A DNA stretch of 64,000 nucleotides from Mobula hypostoma (Eukaryota), in contig NC_086101.1 of assembly GCF_963921235.1 (NCBI RefSeq), positions 372,001 to 436,000 of the forward strand, read 5' to 3'. Below are positions 1 through 11,809 of the stretch, piece after piece. The notes below the pieces were generated by a model, which saw nothing but the letters and a program-made list of their open reading frames with translations, ran no database searches and was not told where the DNA came from. Made by a program: the position numbers and the translations under genes. Each line of letters starts with the position of its first letter. Position 1 is the first letter of the stretch.

Positions 1-826
1 TTAATGTGGATAAATATGAGGTTATCCACTTTGGTGGCAAAAACAGGAAAACGGATTATTATCTGAATGGTAGCCGATTAGGAAAAGGGGAGGTGCAACG
101 AGACCTGGGTGTCATTATACACCAGTCATTGAAAGTGGGCATGCAGGTACAGCAGGCGGTGAAAAAGGCGAATGGTATGCTGGCATTCATAGCAAGAGGA
201 TTCGAGTACAGTAGCAGGGAGGTACTACTGCAGTTGTACAAGGCATTGGTGAGACCACACCTGGAGTATTGTGTACAGTTTTGGTCCCCTAATCTGAGGA
301 AATACATCCTTGCCATAGAAGGAGTACAAAGAAGGTTCACCAGATTGATTCCTGGGATGGCAGGACTATCATATGATGAAAGACTGGATCGACTAGGCTT
401 ATACTCTGTGGCATTTAGAAGAGTGTTGGGGGATCTTATTGAAACGTATAAAATCCTAAAGGGATTGGACAGGCTAGATGCAGGAAGATTGTTCCCGATG
501 TTGAGGAAGTCCAGAACGAGGGGTCAGAGTTTGACGATAAAGGGGAAGCCTTTTTGGACTGAGATTAGGAAAAACTTCTTCACACAGAGAGTGGTTAATC
601 TGTGGAATTCCATGCCGCAGGAAACAGTTGAGGCCAGTTCATTGACTATATTTAAGAGGGAGTTAGATATGGCCCTTGTGGCTAAAGGGATCAGGGGTTA
701 TGGAGAGAAGGCTGGTATAGGGTTCTGAGTTGGATGATCAGCCATAATCATACTGAATGGCGGTGCAGGCTCGAAGGGCCGAATGGCCTACTCCTGCACG
801 TATTTTCTATGTTTCTATGTTTCTGT
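1..826 (+). mobile_element. CR1 LINE, 3' part of ORF2 plus 3' UTR and (TTCTATGT)n tail
   Basis: ORF 6..728 has the CR1 ORF2 C-terminal motifs (LYKALVRPHLEYCVQFWSP, FFTQRVVNLWNS), followed by an 8-bp microsatellite tail at ~803-826. Runs off the window start. Confidence 0.93.
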
Positions 827-1015
827 GACTGCCCTCTTCCAGTCAGCACCGCCCCCACTTGTTCCATTTAACCTGTCTCCGTGCGCGTGGACTTTAGCAC
901 CCGAGGGAACTCAGGACGCGCCGCTCGCCGCTGCGGCTGAATCCGCAGTGTTTCTGTTTCGTTGACGGACACGGTAAATGAGTTAAAATTATGGAGCGAT
1001 AATTCCCTTCTCATG

Positions 1016-1021
1016 TTTATT
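1016..1021 (-). promoter_or_regulatory. Putative polyadenylation signal (AATAAA) of the TRIM gene
   Basis: tttatt on + reads AATAAA on -, ~67 nt downstream of the TRIM stop codon at 1088-1090. Confidence 0.55.
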
Positions 1022-1087
1022 TCATTCTCCGCACAATTATATTTACAAGTACTTTACTCTAGAAGCCGGTCCTGGGACCCGACCCGT

Positions 1088-1641
1088 TTACAAATCCGGA
1101 GCGGAACCGGAGCAGATTCTTAGCCACTGGTTTCTATCCGCAAGCCAGAAGAAAGGATAAAGTTTCTCCGTGAATTTATTGCCACTGAAGGTGTGGAGAT
1201 GGGACTTGGTCTCCGCGTTGTAAAATGAAATTGTCCCGGACTGGTATCTGAGATAAACACCTACCCTCCCGGGGATGAGGCCGGCGGGGAGACGGGCCTC
1301 AGGGGACGTGAGAACAATTATGACGTCATCATCCTGCTCAGTCACGTCATAAACCCGCCCGATGACCCAGAATCCGGTCTCCGGTCTCACTCTGAACCAT
1401 CCCTTCCTCTGCACAGACTCTGCGGCAACTCCCAGATACCAGACCCGATTCCTCGCCACCTCCACCTCCCAGTAATGTCTCCCCGATGTGAATCCCTCCG
1501 ATCCCAGCACACAAAGCCAGTGTGTGAATCTCTTCCCGGTGTGACGGCGATTCCTCCTGGTCCCGGTCAATCTCACACTCTTCCGATCGCCAGACACCTC
1601 AAGCTCCGGGTTCGCCGTTTCCACATCCAGGGTGACAGAAA
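1088..1641 (-). CDS. TRIM gene, coding exon 6 (terminal): PRY-SPRY/B30.2 domain
   Basis: Encodes VSVTLDVETANPELEVS...GFTSGRHYWEVEV...GRVGVYL...SFYN...HLHTF...KLYPFF. The acceptor tccccacag| is phase 1, matching exon 5. Stop TAA at 1088-1090. Confidence 0.93.
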
Positions 1642-2094
1642 CTGTGGGGAGTGGCAGAGAATTACAGAGTCCTCGGGGATCGGGGTGGGGGCGGGGGGGC
1701 ATTCAGGCAGCGCGCCCCCTGGGACAGGTGTGGGGCGGCAGACTCGACCAGCGCGGCCCCGGGGATCGGGGAGAGACTCGGGCAGCGCAGCCCCGGGACA
1801 AGGGCGGGGGGAGTCTCGGGCAGCGCGGCCATGGACTGGTGGGAAGCCCGGGGGGCTCCGGCGCAGTCGGGTGGCCGACACGAACCTTTCTCGGTGTTTG
1901 ACCAAACGAAAGCGGACAGACAACTAATATCTCCCCAAGGGTTTTGCGCTGGACGGAGAGCAGAGATTTCCCGATCAAACAGACACAAAATGCTGGAGGA
2001 ACCGAGTGGGTCAGGCAGCATGTATGGAGAGAGATAGAGAGTCTACTTTTCAGGTCGACATCTTCCCTCAATGATGGAAATAAATAGGAGATCG

Positions 2095-2520
2095 TAAACA
2101 CAAAATAATCTGCAGATCCGAGGGTCAAAGCAAATCTCACAACACGCTGGAGGAACTCAGCAGGTAGGGCAGCATCCGTGAAAACGATCAGTCAACGTTT
2201 CGGGCCGGAACCCTTAGTCAGGACTGTAGAGGGAGGGGGCAGAGGCCCTATAAAGAAGGTCGGGGGAGGTTGGGAAGGAGAAGGCTGCTTGGTGCCAGGT
2301 GAAAAACCAGTAAGGGGAAAGATAAAGGGGTGGGGGAGGAGAAACAGGGAGGGGATAGACAGGAAAGGTGAAGAAAGAATAGGGGAAAGCACAATGGGTA
2401 GTGGAAGGAGGTGGAACTGTGAGGGAGGTGATAGGCAGCTGGGGTAGGGGGCAGAGTGAAAGTGAGATGGGGGAAGGGAGAGGGAGGGAATTACCGGAAG
2501 TTGGAGAATTCAATGTTCAA
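2095..2520 (-). mobile_element. Non-autonomous Penelope-derived terminal-repeat fragment with a degenerate hammerhead motif
   Basis: Same layout as the Penelope terminal repeat at 5159-5620 (GCTGGAGGAACTCAGCAGG..., purine-rich stretch, GAGAATTCAATGTTCA). Confidence 0.65.
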
Positions 2521-2969
2521 TAAATTGGGGAGATGGACAGCAGAAACGAGCGCGGGAAAGGGCTGGATTAAGATGGAAAGGGTTGAGTGAATGGTTTTAA
2601 ACACGGGGGTCACAGAGTTTTTTCGGTCGAACCTGTTCGTGCCGACCAGCTGGCTTTAATGAGCTCATTATTGCTTTCCAACTTTCTTATCCACGTACCT
2701 GCCAAGATGTATTTTAAAACATTGACCCTGTACGGACTCTAGAGTTAATCAAGGGCCCAGTGTAAACAGAGATAACGCTCTTCCGTGTCCACTATACCAT
2801 GAATTTAGTGTCACCCACAAATAAACTAACTATGTCAGCTACATTATCAACCAAATCATTAACATGAATGACAAACGACCTCCGACACCAGCACCGACTT
2901 CTGCAGGTCAGAGGCCTCCAGTCCTCTGAGTTTAAGAGACACTTGGGCAGACACTTCAATAGACAAGGG

Positions 2970-3897
2970 AAACATAGAAACATAGAAATTAGGTGCAGGA
3001 GTAGGCCATTCGGCCCTTCGAGCCTGCACCGCCATTCAGTATGATCATGGCTGATCATCCAACTCAGAACCCTGTACCAGCCTTCCCTCCATACTGCCTG
3101 ATCTCTTTAGCCACAAGGGCCATATCTAACTCCCTCTTAAATATAACAATGAACTGGCCTCAACTGTTTCCTGTGGCAGAGAATTCCACAGATTCACCAC
3201 TCTCTGTGTGAAGAGGCTTTTCCTAATCTCGGTCCTAAAAGGGTTCCCCTTTATCCTCAACCTGTGACCCCTCGTTCTGGACTTCCCTAACATCGGGAAC
3301 AATCTTCCTGCATCTAGCCTGTCCAATCCCTTTAGGATTTTATACGTTTCAATAAGATCCCCCCTCAATCTTCTAAATTCCAGAGAGTATGAGCCTAGTC
3401 GATCCAGTCTTTCATCATATGAAAGTCCTGCCATCACAGAAATCAATCTGGTGAACCTTCTTTGTACTCCCTCCATGGCAAGAATGTCTTTCCTCAGATT
3501 AGGGGACCAAAACTGCACACAATACTCCAGGCGTGGTCTCACCAAGGCCTTGTACAACTGCAGTAGTACCTCCCTGCTCCTGTACTCAAATCCTCTTGCT
3601 ATGAATGCCAGCATACCATTCGCCCTTTTCACTGCCTGCTGTACCTGCATGCCCACTTTCAATGACTGGTGTATAATGACACCCAGGTCTCGTTGCACCT
3701 CCCCTTTTCTTAATCGGCCACCATTCAGAAAATAATCTGTTTTCCTGTTTTTGCCACCAAAGTGGATAACCTCACATTTATCCACATTAAATTGCATCTG
3801 CCATGAATTTTTCCACTCATCGAACCTATCCAAGCCACCCTGCATCCTCTTAGCATCCTCCTCAGAGCTAACACTGCCGCCCAGCTTCGTGTCATCC
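2970..3897 (-). mobile_element. 5'-truncated CR1 LINE
   Basis: ORF 3126..3899 encodes the RT C-terminus (DDTKLGG...); (GAAACATA)n tail at ~2970-2990. Confidence 0.93.
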
Positions 3898-6800
3898 ACA
3901 AGAATAAGACTGACCTAATGCTGGCCAAAGTGATGAATGTCGATGGGTAAATAAGTCAGCACAGAGGTGATGGGTCGAAGGGCACATTTCTATGCTGTAC
4001 GACAATGGCTCTGTGAATTGAATGGCTAAGAACCCCCTCTCCCCACCCCTCCCGGTGCTGATAATCCCAGACAGACAGTGACGCCTGACCCTTAACTCCT
4101 CACAGGGGAAACATCCTCCCTGTATCTTGCCTGTTGACCCCTGAAAGAATTTTGTGTTTCCTGAGATCTTGTCTCATTATTCTAAACAGGGAACAGAGAA
4201 CATAGAACAGCACAGCACAGGAACAGGCCCTTCATTTAATGTCAACATTCATTTGTGAGTGTGAAGTGTGAAGTGAGGGAATGTGAAGGCTGGAGACTGT
4301 AAAGGAGGTGATATTGGGAACCAGTAAGGGAGAGATGAATGGCAGATTGAACCAGAACCAGGTGGGGGAGGCCTGGAAAGCCTATGGGTGAACTGTGTGT
4401 GCAGACGTAACGAGAAGGTGGAGGGGGAGAAAGATGAAAGATGAGGATCCCTTTGTCCCCTTTCCCACAACCCTATCACCCGCAGCCCCTCATTAGGATG
4501 GAATGAATTTGCAGGGACCCTTAAGCAACACAGGTCCTGATGAAGGGTTTCAGCCTGAACCGTCAACTGTTCACTCTTTTCCATGGATGCTTTCTGGCCT
4601 GCTGTTTCCCCAGCAATTTGTGTGTGTTATTCCGCTTTAAATATACTCAGTTATTTGGCCTCCACAGCTGCCTGTAGCAGAATCACTGTCCTGTGGATAA
4701 AGGAATTCCTCCTCATCTCTATCCTAAATGGACATCTCTGTAGTCGGAGGCTGTGTGTTCTCGGCCCACCTACTATAGGAAACATCCTCCCAACATCAGC
4801 TCTCTCCAAATATGTTCAGGGAGATCAGGCGAGACCTTCGTCAGGGCCTGTGTAGCTTGGATTACCAGCATCTGCAGATTTTCTTGTGTTTGATTTTTAA
4901 AGCCAAAGTTGATAGGTAAACTTTTTGATTAGTTAGGGCGTCGAAAGTGTTGGGCAGGAGGCCGGAGAATAGGGTTGAGACAGATAATAAATCAGCCGTT
5001 CTTCTAAACTCCCGTAATTACAGGCCCAGAACCATCATACACTTCTCAAATGTTAACTCTTTCATTCCCGGATCATTCTTGTGAACCTCCTGGACCCTAT
5101 CCAATGCCAGCACATCTTTTCCGATATAAGGGACCCAAAATTGCTCACAATACTCCAACACGAGGAATTCTGCAGATGCTGGGATTTCAAGCAACACAGA
5201 TCAAAGATGCTGGTGAACGCAGCAGGCCAGGCAGCATCTCTAGGAAGAGGTACAGTCGACGTTTCGTGACGAGACCCTTCATCAGGACTAACTGAAAGAA
5301 GAGCTAGTAAGAAATTTAAAAGTGGGGGGGGGGAGGACGGGGAGATCCAAAATGATAGGAGAAGACAGGAGGGGGAGGGATGGAGTCAAGAGCTGGACAG
5401 TTGATTGGCAAAAGGGATATGGGAGGATCATGGGACAGGAGGCCCAGGGAGAAAGAAAAGGGGGAGGGGGGGAAACCCAGAGGATGGGCAAGGGGTATAG
5501 TGAGAGGGACAGAGGGAGAAAAAAGAAAGAGAGAGAAAGAATGTGTGTATATAAATAAATAGCGGATAGGGTACGAGGGGGAGTTGGGGCATTAGCGGAA
5601 GTTTGAGAATTCAATGTTCATGCCATCAAGTTGGAGGCTACCCAGACGGAATATAAGGTGTTGTTCCTCCAATCTGAGTGTGGTTCATCTTTACAGTACA
5701 GGAGGCAGTGGATAGACATATCAGAAGGGAATGGGACGTGGAATTAAAATGTGTGGCCACTGGGAGATCCTGCTTTCTCTGGCGGACAGAGCATAGGTGT
5801 TCAGCGAAAGGATCTCCCAGTCTGCGTCAGGTCTCGCCAATGTATAGAAGGCCACATCTGGAGCACCGGACGCAGTATATCATCCCAGCCGACTCACAGG
5901 TAAAGTGGCGCCTCACCTGGAAGGACTGTCTGGGGCCCTGAAAGGTGATAGGCGAGGAAGTGTAAGGGCATGTGTAGCACTCGTTCCCCTTACAAGGATA
6001 AGTGCCAGGAGGGAGATCAGTGGGGAGGGATAGGGGAACGAACGGACAAGGGAGTCGCGTAGGGAGCGATCCCTGCGGAAAACAGAGATGGGGAGGGAAA
6101 GATATGCTTAGTGGTGGGATCCCGTTGGAGGTGGCGTAAGTTATGGATAATAATATGTTGGACCCGGAGGCTGGTGGGGTGGTAGGTGAGGACAAGTGGA
6201 ACCGTATTCCTAGTGGGGTGACGGGAGGATGGAGTGAGAGCAGATGTGCGTGAAATGGGGGAGATGCGCTTGAGAACAGAGTTGATGGTGGAGGAAGGGA
6301 AGCCTTTTTCTTTAAAAAAAGAAGGATATCTCCCTCGTCCTGGAATGAAAAGCCTCATCTTCAGAGCAGATGCGGCGAAGACGGAGGAATTGCGAGAAGG
6401 GGATGACATTTTTGCAAGAGACATGGTGAGAAGAGGAATAGTCCAGATAGCTGTGAGAGTCAGTAGGCTTATAGTAGACATCAGTAGATAAGCTGTCTCC
6501 AGAGATAGAGACAGAAAGATCCAGAAAGGGGAGGAAGGTGTCGGAAATGGACCAGGTAAACTTGAGGGCAGGGGGAAAGTTGGAGGCAAAGTTAATGAAG
6601 TCAACGAGCTCAGCATGCGTGCAGGAAGTAGCGCCAAAGCAGTCGTCGATGTAGCGAAGGAAAAGTGGGGGACAGATGCCAGAATAGGTTTGGAACACAG
6701 ATTGTTCCACAAAGCCAACAAAAAGGCAGGCATAGCTAGGACCCATACGGGTGCCCTTAGCTACACCTTTAGTTTGGAGGAAGTGAGAGGAGCCAAAGGA

Positions 6801-7373
6801 GAAATTATTAAGAGTAAGGACTAATTCCGCCAGACGGAGCAGAGTGGTGGTAGAGGGGAACTGGTTAGGTCAGGAACCCAAAAAGAAGCGGAGAGCTTTG
6901 AGACCTTCCTGATGAGGGATGGAAGAATATAAAGACTGGACATCCGTGGTGAAAATAAAGCGGTGTGGGCTAGGGAACTTAAAATTATTGAAAAGTTTCA
7001 GAGCGTGAGAAGTGTCACGAGCATAGGTAGGAAGGGATTGAACGTGGGGGGGGGGGCGGTAAAACCGTGTCGAGGTATGCAGAACTGAGTTCGGTGGAGC
7101 AGGAGCAAGCTGAGAGAATTGGTCTGCCAGGACAGGCAGGTTTGTGGATCTTGGGTAGGAGGTAGAAACGGGAAGTGAGGGGTGTGGGAACTATGAGGCT
7201 GTTAGCAGTGGATGGGAGATTCCCTGTGCCGATAAAGTCGGTGATCGTGTGGGAGACAATGGCTCCTTAATGCGATAACGATCGAGGAGTAAAGAAGAGG
7301 AGGTATCCGCGAGTTGTCGCTGTGCCTCGGAAAGGTAGAGGTCAGGACGCCAGACTACAACAGCACCCCACTT

Positions 7374-8677
7374 ATAGAAACATAGAAAATAGGTGCAGGA
7401 GTAGGCCATTCGGCCCTTCGAGCCTGCACCGCCATTTATTATGATCATGGCTGATCATCCAACTCAGAACCCAGCATTCCCTCCATACCCGCTGACCCCT
7501 GTAGCCACAAGGGCCATATCTAATTTCCTTTTAAACATAGCTAATGAACTGGCCTCAACAGTTTGCTGTGGCAGAGAATTCCACAGATTCACCACTCTCT
7601 GTATGAAGAAGTTTTTCCTAATCTCGGTCCTAAAAGGCTTCCCCTCTATCCTCAAACTGTGACCCCTCGTTCTGGACCTCCCCAACATCGGGAACAATCT
7701 TCCCGCATCTAGCCTGTCCAATCCCTTTAGGATCTTATACGTTTCAATCAGATCCCCCCTCAATCTTCTAAATTCCAACGAGTACAAGCCCAGTTCATCC
7801 AGTCTTTCTTCATATGAAAGTTCTGCCATCCCAGGAATCAATCTGGTGAACCTTCTTTGTACTCCCTCTATGGCAAAGATGTCTTTCCTCAGATTAGGGG
7901 ACCAAAACTGCACACAATACTCCAGGTGTGGTCTCACCAAGGCCTTGTACAACTGCAGTAGTACCTCCCTGCTCCTGTACTCGAATCCTCTCGCTATAAA
8001 TGCCAGCATACCGTTCGCCTTTTTCACCGCCTGCTGTACCTGCATGCCCACTTTCAATGACTGGTGTATAATGACACTCAGGTCTCGTTGCACCTCCCCT
8101 TTTCCTAATCGGCCACCATTTAGATAATAATCTGTTTTCCTATTTTTGCCACCAAAGTGGATAACTTCACATTTATCCACATTAAATTGCATCTGCCATG
8201 AGTTTGCCCACTCACCCAACCTATCCAAGTCACCCTGCATCCTCTTAGCATCCTCCTCACTGCTAACACTGCCACCCAGCTTCGTGTCATCCGCAAACTT
8301 GGAGATACTGCATTTAATTCCCTCATCCAAGTCATTAATATATATTGTAAACAACTGGGGTCCCAGCACTGAGCCTTGCGGTACCCCACTAGTCACCGCC
8401 TGCCATTCTGAAAAGGTCCCGTTTATTCCCACTCTTTGCTTCCTGTCTGCTAACCAATTCTCCACCCACACCAATACCTTATCCCCAATACCGTGCGCTT
8501 TAAGTTTGCACACTAATCTCCTGTGTGGGACCTTGTCAAAAACCTTTTGAAAATCCAAATATACCACATCCACTGGTTCTCTCCTATCCACTCTACTAGT
8601 TACATCCTCAAAAAATTCTATGAGATTCGTCAGACATGATTTTCCTTTCACAAATCCATGCTGACTTTGTCCGATCA
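7374..8677 (-). mobile_element. Young 5'-truncated CR1 LINE inserted in the Penelope ORF
   Basis: Uninterrupted 404-aa RT ORF ([27 protein letters not shown]); ATAGAAAC tail at 7374-7390. Confidence 0.93.
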
Positions 8678-8930
8678 TAGGCGGGTTTTATAGTAAGGTT
8701 AGGATTAGTGCGGAGGGAGTGAAAGCAGAGCGTTCGGAAGGAGTAAGAAGATCCCCCCGCCTTCCCCCTTTTCTTTCTCCCTCGGCCTCCTGTCCCATAC
8801 TCCTTTCATATCCCCTTTGCCATTCAACTGTCCAGCTCTTGGCTCCATCCCTCCCCCTCCTGTCTTCTATCATTTTGCATCTCCCCGTCCCCCTCCCACT
8901 TTCAAATTTCTTACTAACTCTTCCTTCAGT

Positions 8931-8968
8931 TAGTTCTGACGAAGGGTCTCGGCCCGAAACGTCGACTG
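8931..8968 (+). ncRNA. Minimal type I hammerhead ribozyme motif in the Penelope terminal repeat
   Basis: TAGTT-CTGACGA-a-GGGT-ctcg-GCCC-GAAAC-GTC-GACTG: core CUGANGA (8936-8942), stem II, GAAAC (8956-8960), GUC site, and stem I 8931-35/8964-68. Confidence 0.7.
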
Positions 8969-9295
8969 TACCTCTTCCTAGAGATGCTGCCTGGCCTGCT
9001 GCGTTCTCTAGCCACTTTGATGTGTGTTGCACAATACTCCAAGTGTGGTATTGTGTGCATTTCCGGTTCCCAGAATATGGGGAGGATGGCATTACAGAAG
9101 AAGATTCAGGAGGATGTTACCAGGACTGGGGGGCTTCGGTTAAAAGCAGAGAGTGGACGAGCTTGGGCTGTTTAGCTGTAGTGTGGGATGCTGAGGGATG
9201 ACCCCTTATAGAGGTAAATACATTCATGAATGGCTCAGATAAAATGAGTATTTTTCCGAGAAACTGGAGTACAGAACCAAAGGGCTCATATTGCA

Positions 9296-10981
9296 ACCAT
9301 AGAAACCATAGAAACTACAGCACAGAAACAGGCCCTTTGGCCCTTCTTGGCTGTGCCGAACCATTTTCTGCCTAGTCCCACTGACCTGCACACGGACCAT
9401 ATCCCTCCATACACCTCCCATCCATGTATCTGTCCAATTTATTCTTAAATGTTAAAAAAGAACCCGCATTTACCACCTCGTCTGGCAGCTCATTCCATAC
9501 TCCCACCACTCTTTGTGTGAAGAAGCCCCACCCTAATGTTCCCTTTAAACTTTTCCCCCCCTCACCCTTAACCCATGTCCTCTGGTTTTTTTCCTCCCCT
9601 TGCCTCAGTGGAAAAAGCCTGCTTGCATTCACTCTATCTATACCCATCATAATTTTATATACCTCTATCAAATCTCCCCTCATTCTTCTACGCTCCAGGG
9701 AATAAAGTCGTAACCTATTCAACCTTTCTCTGTAACTGAGTTTCTCAAGTCCAGGCAACATCCTTGTAAACTTTCTCTGCACTCTTTCAACCTTATTTAT
9801 ATCCTTCCTGTAAGTTGGTGACCAAAACTGAGCACAATACTCCAGATTGGGCCTCACCAATGCCTTATACAACCTCATCATAACATTCCAGCTCTTATAC
9901 TCAATACTTCGATTAATAAAGGCCAATGTACCAAAAGCTCTCTTTACGACCCTGTCTACCTGTGACGACACTTTTAGGGAATTTTGTATCTGTATTCCCA
10001 GATCCCTCTGTCCCACTGCAATCCTCAGTGCCTTACCATTAACCCTGTATGTTCTACCTTGGTTTGTCCTTCCAACGTGCAATACCTCACACTTGTCTGT
10101 ATTAAACTCCATCTGCCATTTTTCAGCCCATTTTTCCAGCTTGTCCAAGTCCCTCTGCAGGCTCTGAAAACCTTCCTCACTGTCTGCTGCACCTCCAATC
10201 TTTGTATCATCAGCAAACTTGCTGATCCAATTTACCACATTATCATCCAGATCATTGATATAGATGGAGCCAATGTCTAATCCAATTTACCACCTCTCCA
10301 TGTATACCTAGCGACTGAATTTTCCTAACTAACCTCCCATGCGGGACCTTGTCAAAGGCCTTACTGAAGTCCATGTAGACAACATCCACTGCCTTCCCTT
10401 CATCCACTTTCCTGGTAACCTCCTCGAAAAACTCCAACAGATTGGTCAAACATGACCTACAACGCACAAAGCCATGTTGACTCTCCCTAATAAGCCCCTG
10501 TCTATCCAAATGCTTGTAGATTCTGTCACTTAGTACTCCCTCCAATAACTTACCTACTACTGACGTTAAACTCACCGGCCTATAATTTCCCGGATTACTT
10601 TTCGATCCTTTTTTAAACAGCGGAACAACATGAGCCACCCTCCAGTCCTGTGGCACTTCACCCGTAGACAGCGACATTTTAAATATTTCTGCCAGGGCCC
10701 CTGCAATTTCAACACTAGTCTCCTTCAAGGTCCGAGGGAACACTCTGTCAGGTCCCGGGGATTTATCCACTTTAATTTTCCTCAAGACAGCAATCACCTC
10801 CCCCTTTTCAATCTGTACAGTTTCCATGGTGTCACTACTTGATTCCCTCAATTCCATAGATTTCATGCCAGCTTCCTTAGTAAATACAGACGCAAAAAAC
10901 CTATTTAAGATCTCCACAATTTCCTTTGGTTCCGCACAAAGCCGACCACTCTGATCTTCAACAGGACCAATTTTATCCCTT
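9296..10981 (-). mobile_element. 5'-truncated CR1 LINE (second family) with a ~100-bp internal deletion
   Basis: ORFs 10252..10917 and 9372..10238 encode CR1 RT; CATAGAAAC tail. The [10 protein letters not shown] segment is missing relative to the sister copy at 50883-52300. Confidence 0.92.
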
Positions 10982-11809
10982 TTGTGAGATCGGAAGTTTT
11001 TATGAGGGTTCTATGGGGTAACAATCTCACAGAAAGGGAGTTGGGCAGATGGAATTTGCTGTCAGATGCTGTAGAAACAGCTGTAGTTAATATATTTCAA
11101 TATAAATTTAGACAGGTTCATAGATAGGAAATGGTCAGAGGGATATGGGACAAACACACACAAATGGGATATAGTCAAGAAGATATCTTAGTCTAGCAGT
11201 TGTATGAAGTAGGTCGTGGGTTCAACATCTGTCAAACCCTCCCACATCACCCTGGAGTCTGTCTGTAAACTGTAGATGTGACGTCACCTCAGAGGGCAGT
11301 TCAGTGTCACAGAACAGACAGATTGGGTAAGGACGGCAGATATATTTTCTAAACGGGAATTTGTCCCTATTTCTTTGGCCGTGTGTCACACTCCACACTC
11401 TGATAGTATATTTGGGTATGTCTTACTCTGTGTGTGTGTGTGTTGATCGTGGTAAATGTCAGTGGGTGTGTACATATTGAAGGAGACTGTGCACATTGAA
11501 GTATTTGTATGTTTGCAGTGTGTGTCATCACGTCTGGAGTGTGCTGACAATATGTGACGTGTGTAAGTTGTTTAAATAAATAAATTTATGTGTCTGAAGA
11601 GAATGGTTACCAGGTTACTGAGTGAAGTAACAACGTATATTGCTGAGGCTCTGACTACGTTCTGCCAATCCTTCCTGTGTATATGTGGGGAGGAGTTTTG
11701 CCAGGCCGGTTATGCTGTGTGCACTTCTCCTGAGATGAAATCTTGACTGATGTCAATGCTGGTTGGTGTGCCCGGGCTCAGTTTCACAATGTTTCAATGT
11801 AATGGTCTG

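Larger units (their letters stand above)
5159..9030 (-). mobile_element. Penelope-like element (RT + GIY-YIG), 5'-truncated, with an inverted terminal repeat and 12-bp TSD; interrupted by a CR1
   Basis: RT motifs MGPSYACLFVG and FLRYIDD (6312..6746). GIY-YIG region FTCESAGMIYCVRCSRCGLLYIGET (5827..6195). 5190-5475 and 8752-9030 are reverse complements. ACAATACTCCAA flanks both ends (5147-5158, 9031-9042). Confidence 0.88.

Noticed and set aside
1475..2140. Multiple overlapping Gly/Pro/Arg-rich ORFs
   Set aside because: A by-product of the GC-rich intronic island and of antisense reading of the PRY-SPRY exon.
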